Source: an uncultured Methanomicrobiales archaeon (GTDB lineage: Archaea > Halobacteriota > Methanomicrobia > Methanomicrobiales > Methanospirillaceae). Taken from it: a stretch of DNA of 64,000 nucleotides. This document shows positions 59,934-64,000 of this stretch, piece after piece. The stretch's first letter is position 1. Each line of letters begins with the position of its first letter. A program made the position numbers and the translations under genes. The notes under the pieces were generated by a model, which was not told the origin of the DNA, did no database searches, and was given only the letters and a program-made list of their open reading frames with translations. The stretch covers positions 352,001 to 416,000 of the forward strand of contig OY969100.1 of NCBI GenBank assembly GCA_963697895.1, written 5' to 3'.

Positions 59934-61058
59934 TTACAACACCAAAAAGGTCTGGATCCGTTCTGAAGGAATACCGAATTCCTTCCCCCGTGCAATGGCC
60001 CTCAGGTTGAATACCTCGTATTTTTTGTGTTCAAGATAGGAGAGGATAGGAAGAACGGAGAATGGAAATCGTTTCGAAAGTTTTTCCAGGAGATGCAGTC
60101 TGACTGCCGCTACTGCGATCTCCACCTCGTGAACGGCCCGCTCCCGGGTCTGGAACCGGTCCCAAACCAGTTCAATAGCATCATCCTCATCTATAAGGGG
60201 ATTCTTCTGGAGTTGACGAAGTGCCGCGGTGAGAACAGGCAAAATGTTCGTTTTCTTAAACATCGCGGCAAACTGGTCACGATCATCAAGGGTATACAGT
60301 TTCTCAAAGAAGCCGATAGGGATATCCCCGTCCGGTATAACATTCTCCTCAATCATACCCCGCTCACACCGGCTCTCGCCGCATCTAAGCCGGAGGAGAT
60401 TACGCAGATTCGTAATATCGATCTCGAATCGCACATACCTCGCAAGAATTTCACCCCCTTTTACGCCCACGACTGCATCATTTATCAGATTATAATAAAA
60501 TTCTTTGTACAATGCATTTTCCAGACGGGCAAATGCACCCTTCTCCTCGCACATATTATAATATGTCCGGAGTACCGGATATAAGGGCCAGGCTCGGAGC
60601 GCCTCCACTATCTCCTCGCATGAATTCCGTGACAACAGATGTTCAAGGAACGCCGGGTCGAGCACCCCGGCCGGGATAAGGACCCGTGATACAGTGTCGT
60701 CAGGGATGTGATGTTGTTTACCCCGAAGAATCGTCATAACATTGGCTATATCCCATTTATTTACATATTCTGCGATGAGGTGGTGCAGATACCCAGGGGT
60801 GATGCGCATGATATTCCGGAAGGATTCCGCTAGATTTCTGGATAATGCCGCTTCTATAAGGTCTATTCCTGAAGCGCTTCCTGACAGACTCATTACCTCT
60901 TCACGGTAGGTTCCTTCTCCGATGAAACGGGCGATCTCCGGGAGGCTCATGTTGAGGATACGGCCGTACTCATCACGGGGATAGAGAAGAGTCGCCCGTG
61001 TCTTCAGCCGTGTACAGACGTAAATATAGGAACTGGGAAGGGTGATGGTCCGGATCAT
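59934..61058 (-). CDS. atpC: A/V-type ATP synthase subunit C (AhaC/NtpC; isolated copy)
   Basis: YVCTR, IEAALSRNLA, WDIANV.TILRGK, EIDITNL..LLR, PFSVLPILSYL..K..EV.NLRAIARGK. Confidence 0.88.
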   Translation of the reverse strand: MIRTITLPSSYIYVCTRLKTRATLLYPRDEYGRILNMSLPEIARFIGEGTYREEVMSLSGSASGIDLIEAALSRNLAESFRNIMRITPGYLHHLIAEYVNKWDIANVMTILRGKQHHIPDDTVSRVLIPAGVLDPAFLEHLLSRNSCEEIVEALRAWPLYPVLRTYYNMCEEKGAFARLENALYKEFYYNLINDAVVGVKGGEILARYVRFEIDITNLRNLLRLRCGESRCERGMIEENVIPDGDIPIGFFEKLYTLDDRDQFAAMFKKTNILPVLTAALRQLQKNPLIDEDDAIELVWDRFQTRERAVHEVEIAVAAVRLHLLEKLSKRFPFSVLPILSYLEHKKYEVFNLRAIARGKEFGIPSERIQTFLVL

Positions 61059-61226
61059 GGATAGGAATACACTAATGAATGCCTTGATGAACGTTTAGGG
61101 TTTGCGTAATTTTTTTCCCGGATTATATCCGTGTCATTCGATGAAAGTTGAGGGTATTTTACATAAATCCAGTTTTCTGCCGAGGTCACGAAAAACAGAG
61201 AGAACTTATGATTTTAGCGACGTAAT

Positions 61227-61538
61227 TCATTCACCAACATACTCTTCCAGCCGCTTGAGTAGATCCTCTTCGATCTTCAGGATGACTTCACGCGTCCCCC
61301 GGAATGCAAGGAGCTCGCGTTCATCACCGGCCATATTTGCAAAGTACAACCGTTCTTTTCGGGAGACCAGTTCAACATCATAGTTCTTCATGATATCGGA
61401 GATCATCTTTCGCGGCACACCCGGGGGGATCAGCAGATCATAGAGTTCTTTCTTTGTTTCCGGTGATTCAGACGGAACTGGTATCTCTTTACCGGTTATC
61501 CGGCCGCGATCTTCTGGCGACTTGGGTTCTTCTGCCAT
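61227..61538 (-). CDS. Conserved hypothetical protein downstream of marker 14
   Basis: LYDLLIPPGVP...ELVSR..LYFANM.GDERELLAFRG. ATG 61538 is 24 nt after the marker-14 stop. Confidence 0.72.
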   Translation of the reverse strand: MAEEPKSPEDRGRITGKEIPVPSESPETKKELYDLLIPPGVPRKMISDIMKNYDVELVSRKERLYFANMAGDERELLAFRGTREVILKIEEDLLKRLEEYVGE

Positions 61539-61561
61539 GGTTATCACGCGATTGAAAATAA

Positions 61562-63061
61562 TTACTTCCCTGCTTTGATACGCCTGTTCATAATACAGGG
61601 ACCACCCCATACGCCACCTATCGGGTTTCTGGGTTTCCCAAGGGAATTCATGCATCTACCCATCAGAGCTGCGCCCCGGGCGAGACCATCATCGACAAAT
61701 ACGAGGTGATTGTTTGGATCTTCGAATAGGTGCCGCTCGGTAAGACCTTCAAGGATGTATTCGGGTTTTCTTCCGGAGATTGCTGCTCTTCCGGTGAACC
61801 CGATCGATGAGTGGGGAAAGACAAGACGCTCAACAACCGCGATGTCCACGAGCCTCAGTGCCATCCGTGCACATACACGGTCTATCACATCGTTGAGAAG
61901 ACCGAGGCCGTATTTCTGATAGATCTCTGTACCGATCTCCCTCAGATCTGTGAGCCCGCTGCCATCCACTCCAGCGTCACAGCCGATGAGTGCTACTCCT
62001 GACTCCTTCGCAACATCAGCGTAAACCGGAACCCGACCGAATCTCCGGCGCTCGGGAGGAACAATCCGGATATCGATGAACTGGTGACAGGCATCAACAT
62101 ACCCGGCGACGACCGAGCTCTTCTGTTTCAGAGAAAATTCACCGACGATACTTCGGTCACCGAAGATATCGAGGGCCGTCCCCGTCCGACCATCCACCAG
62201 ACCAGTCCCCCTCACGATCGCATCAGGGATCGCCCCGGCAAGACCACAAAAATTACCGATTGTCTTAGCGAACGGATTCGGATCGTCCGGTTCTACGTCA
62301 CTCGTGATACGGCCGTCAAGGGTGGTTCCGAAATCTATGGAAATGCAGGGGTTCCGGAAATCGATCGGGGTCCATTTTGCACCTTCTTTGATTCCGGCCA
62401 TCGCGAGTTCTCCCTCCATCTCGTTTGCCACCATCTCGACCCCTGTGCTGCCGACGGGTGGTACCACCCCTGCAACCGCGCCGATGAAGACGACCTTATC
62501 GGCAAAGCTGTAGGGCTGGAGTTTTTGCGGCTGATTTGCCTTTGACATGGGAGGGGTCATCTTCCGTGGCGGCACACCTGCAAGGAGGCAGCCGTTCGCG
62601 AGTGCCAGGACAAACATCCCCACCTGATCGGGGGAATCCATTGCGGCAACAACGCCTGTGCTTCTCACAACGAAATCCAGGTCCTTCTCGATATCGAGAT
62701 GGGCTTCCCGGTGGCATTCTATGAGGGTATCACGGACCAGTTCGGTGACGGACTGCTTGGTCAGTTTGGTTCCGTCCAGGGTTTCTCCGAAGATCTCCTC
62801 CCCCGGTTTTGGCTTCCGGACATCCCGGCTCATCTTCACGGTCTTGTTGATAACGTAACACATTCCGGTCTCCAGATTTACCCCGGTGAGGATGCATTTC
62901 GTTGTCGTGTTCCCCATCTCGACGGAAGCAACGATAAAATACGGCTTGATCTTGTATTCCGGGATGACCAACCCGGGACCGTGTGCAATGGACGGCGGAG
63001 GCGGACTTTCGACAATATGAGGAGTTGGTTTAAAAAAGCGGTCGAAAAACCGTGCACACAT
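61562..63061 (-). CDS. Methanogenesis marker protein 14 (actin-like/ASKHA ATPase fold)
   Basis: YFIVASVEMGNTTTKCIL, DLDFVVRSTGV, VANEMEGEL..AGIKEG, DFRNPC.SIDFGTTLDG, FVDDGLARGAA. Confidence 0.92.
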   Translation of the reverse strand: MCARFFDRFFKPTPHIVESPPPPSIAHGPGLVIPEYKIKPYFIVASVEMGNTTTKCILTGVNLETGMCYVINKTVKMSRDVRKPKPGEEIFGETLDGTKLTKQSVTELVRDTLIECHREAHLDIEKDLDFVVRSTGVVAAMDSPDQVGMFVLALANGCLLAGVPPRKMTPPMSKANQPQKLQPYSFADKVVFIGAVAGVVPPVGSTGVEMVANEMEGELAMAGIKEGAKWTPIDFRNPCISIDFGTTLDGRITSDVEPDDPNPFAKTIGNFCGLAGAIPDAIVRGTGLVDGRTGTALDIFGDRSIVGEFSLKQKSSVVAGYVDACHQFIDIRIVPPERRRFGRVPVYADVAKESGVALIGCDAGVDGSGLTDLREIGTEIYQKYGLGLLNDVIDRVCARMALRLVDIAVVERLVFPHSSIGFTGRAAISGRKPEYILEGLTERHLFEDPNNHLVFVDDGLARGAALMGRCMNSLGKPRNPIGGVWGGPCIMNRRIKAGK

Positions 63062-63306
63062 ATGATCGAATTTCTGGCTGTATCACCATATATCTTTCGA
63101 TTTCGGCGAATTTTCTGCTGGGATGGATTGGACACCATATCCTGGGTCCATTTCCATGATCTTCCAATGAGTAGTGAACATACCCTTGAAGAGACGATCA
63201 TGGCGGGATAACTATATCGAATGACCTGAAAGACACCTGAACCGGAAAATTCCTGCATGAATGATCGCATTTTTTAACCTTACAACCAGAAATCATTTTC
63301 AATCAC

Positions 63307-63558
63307 ATGGGAAATCGTTCACGGAGCAAGCTGGTCATCACCCTGCTGATCCTCATACTGACCATGGCCGGGCTGGCCCTGTTCGGACTCATGCTGATGA
63401 TATCGGTCGATCCAACGGCAAGCGGTCCCGGATATGATATCGTCCGGTGGATGGAACAGGTAATCCCCCCGTATGTTTTTGGTCTGAAAGAGTGGATCGA
63501 ATATATCTTCCAGCAATTGCAGCAGTTCATTCAGGGCATTGTTCCCGGAAACGGTTAA
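63307..63558 (+). CDS. Small membrane-anchored hypothetical protein
   Basis: Basic N-terminus plus a 22-aa hydrophobic helix. TTTTTAA box ~30 nt upstream. Confidence 0.55.
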   Translation: MGNRSRSKLVITLLILILTMAGLALFGLMLMISVDPTASGPGYDIVRWMEQVIPPYVFGLKEWIEYIFQQLQQFIQGIVPGNG

Positions 63559-63635
63559 AGAAGACGGGGGATGATAACGATTACCGGGGATTCATTTCAG
63601 TTAATACCATTAGATAACGTGATAATTCTGCATAA

Positions 63636-64000
63636 TTACGACGACTTTCTGTGGACAGACGACATATCTACAAGCCGGCGGGCAAGGTGCATGATAGCCG
63701 TGCGGGCAGGATTATCTGCCGGGATATCTGTGATAGGGGTCCCGGCAAGGTCGGCCCCTAATATTCCGCGATCTTCAGGGATCAGTCCGATGACGGGGAT
63801 CTGACCGGTAATATCAGCCGATTCTCCCCGATAGCGGTTGAATACGAGAAAGATTTTCCGATCTTCGATTCCGAGAGCGCGTGCGATCTCCCGGATACGG
63901 TCTGCCGTCCGGATCCCGCGGACACCGGGGTCGCTTACAATTAGCAGGATATCGGGTTTCCCGATCGTACCCCTGCTGATATGTTCCATTCCGGCCTCGG
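63636..64000 (-). CDS. cooC: CooC/AcsF-type nickel-insertion ATPase (5' part outside window)
   Basis: EAGMEHISRGT..PDILLIVSDP..RGIRTA.RI, LVFNR, G.IPED, D..G.P. Confidence 0.85.
   Translation of the reverse strand, partial: EAGMEHISRGTIGKPDILLIVSDPGVRGIRTADRIREIARALGIEDRKIFLVFNRYRGESADITGQIPVIGLIPEDRGILGADLAGTPITDIPADNPARTAIMHLARRLVDMSSVHRKSS

Noticed and set aside
1-64000. CRISPR arrays, transposases, integrases, rRNA genes
   Set aside because: None recognised by eye in the sequence or the ORF track.

Overview
Chromosomal segment of a methanogenic archaeon, most likely Methanomicrobiales (Methanoregula/Methanolinea-like). This is inferred from methanogenesis markers 1 (YcaO) and 14, TfuA, Tes, CarS, MptD, TBP, MCM and the REC-PAS-kinase and surface-protein styles. 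Layout: 1-12.4 kb housekeeping and DNA metabolism (coaBC, taw2, NMD3, TatD, mptD, mcm, rfcS, then divergently an OB-fold protein, phosphoesterase and lhr). 12.4-33 kb accessory and signalling genes (prpE-like, hsp20, two MFS, dinB, PHP, Isf, three REC/PAS proteins). 33-36.6 kb ycaO-tfuA-E1-Ubl-moaE. 37.6-51.5 kb core genes (tbp, RHH-fused acyl-CoA synthetase, tRNA-Leu(CAG), pyrC, dnaG, tes/carS, pyrE, purD, argF). 51.5-58 kb a calpain-family protease coupled to a beta-propeller/PKD surface protein, then two HEAT-TM2 paralogs. 58-64 kb flippase-like gene, isolated ATPase C and D subunits, marker 14 and cooC. Best leads: (1) an archaeal calpain-like protease with an intact catalytic triad in an apparent operon with a membrane-anchored surface protein; (2) a two-hairpin H/ACA guide RNA between pyrC and DUF167 whose pockets fit 23S rRNA helix 69 and the PTC region; (3) a ribbon-helix-helix/acyl-CoA synthetase fusion with a candidate operator array; (4) a physically linked thioamidation and sulfur-carrier cluster. 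Four single-base frameshifts (rfcS, lhr, hsp20, E1) are probably sequencing errors. No CRISPR array, transposase or integrase was seen. All family assignments come from motif recognition by eye; no database searches were run.
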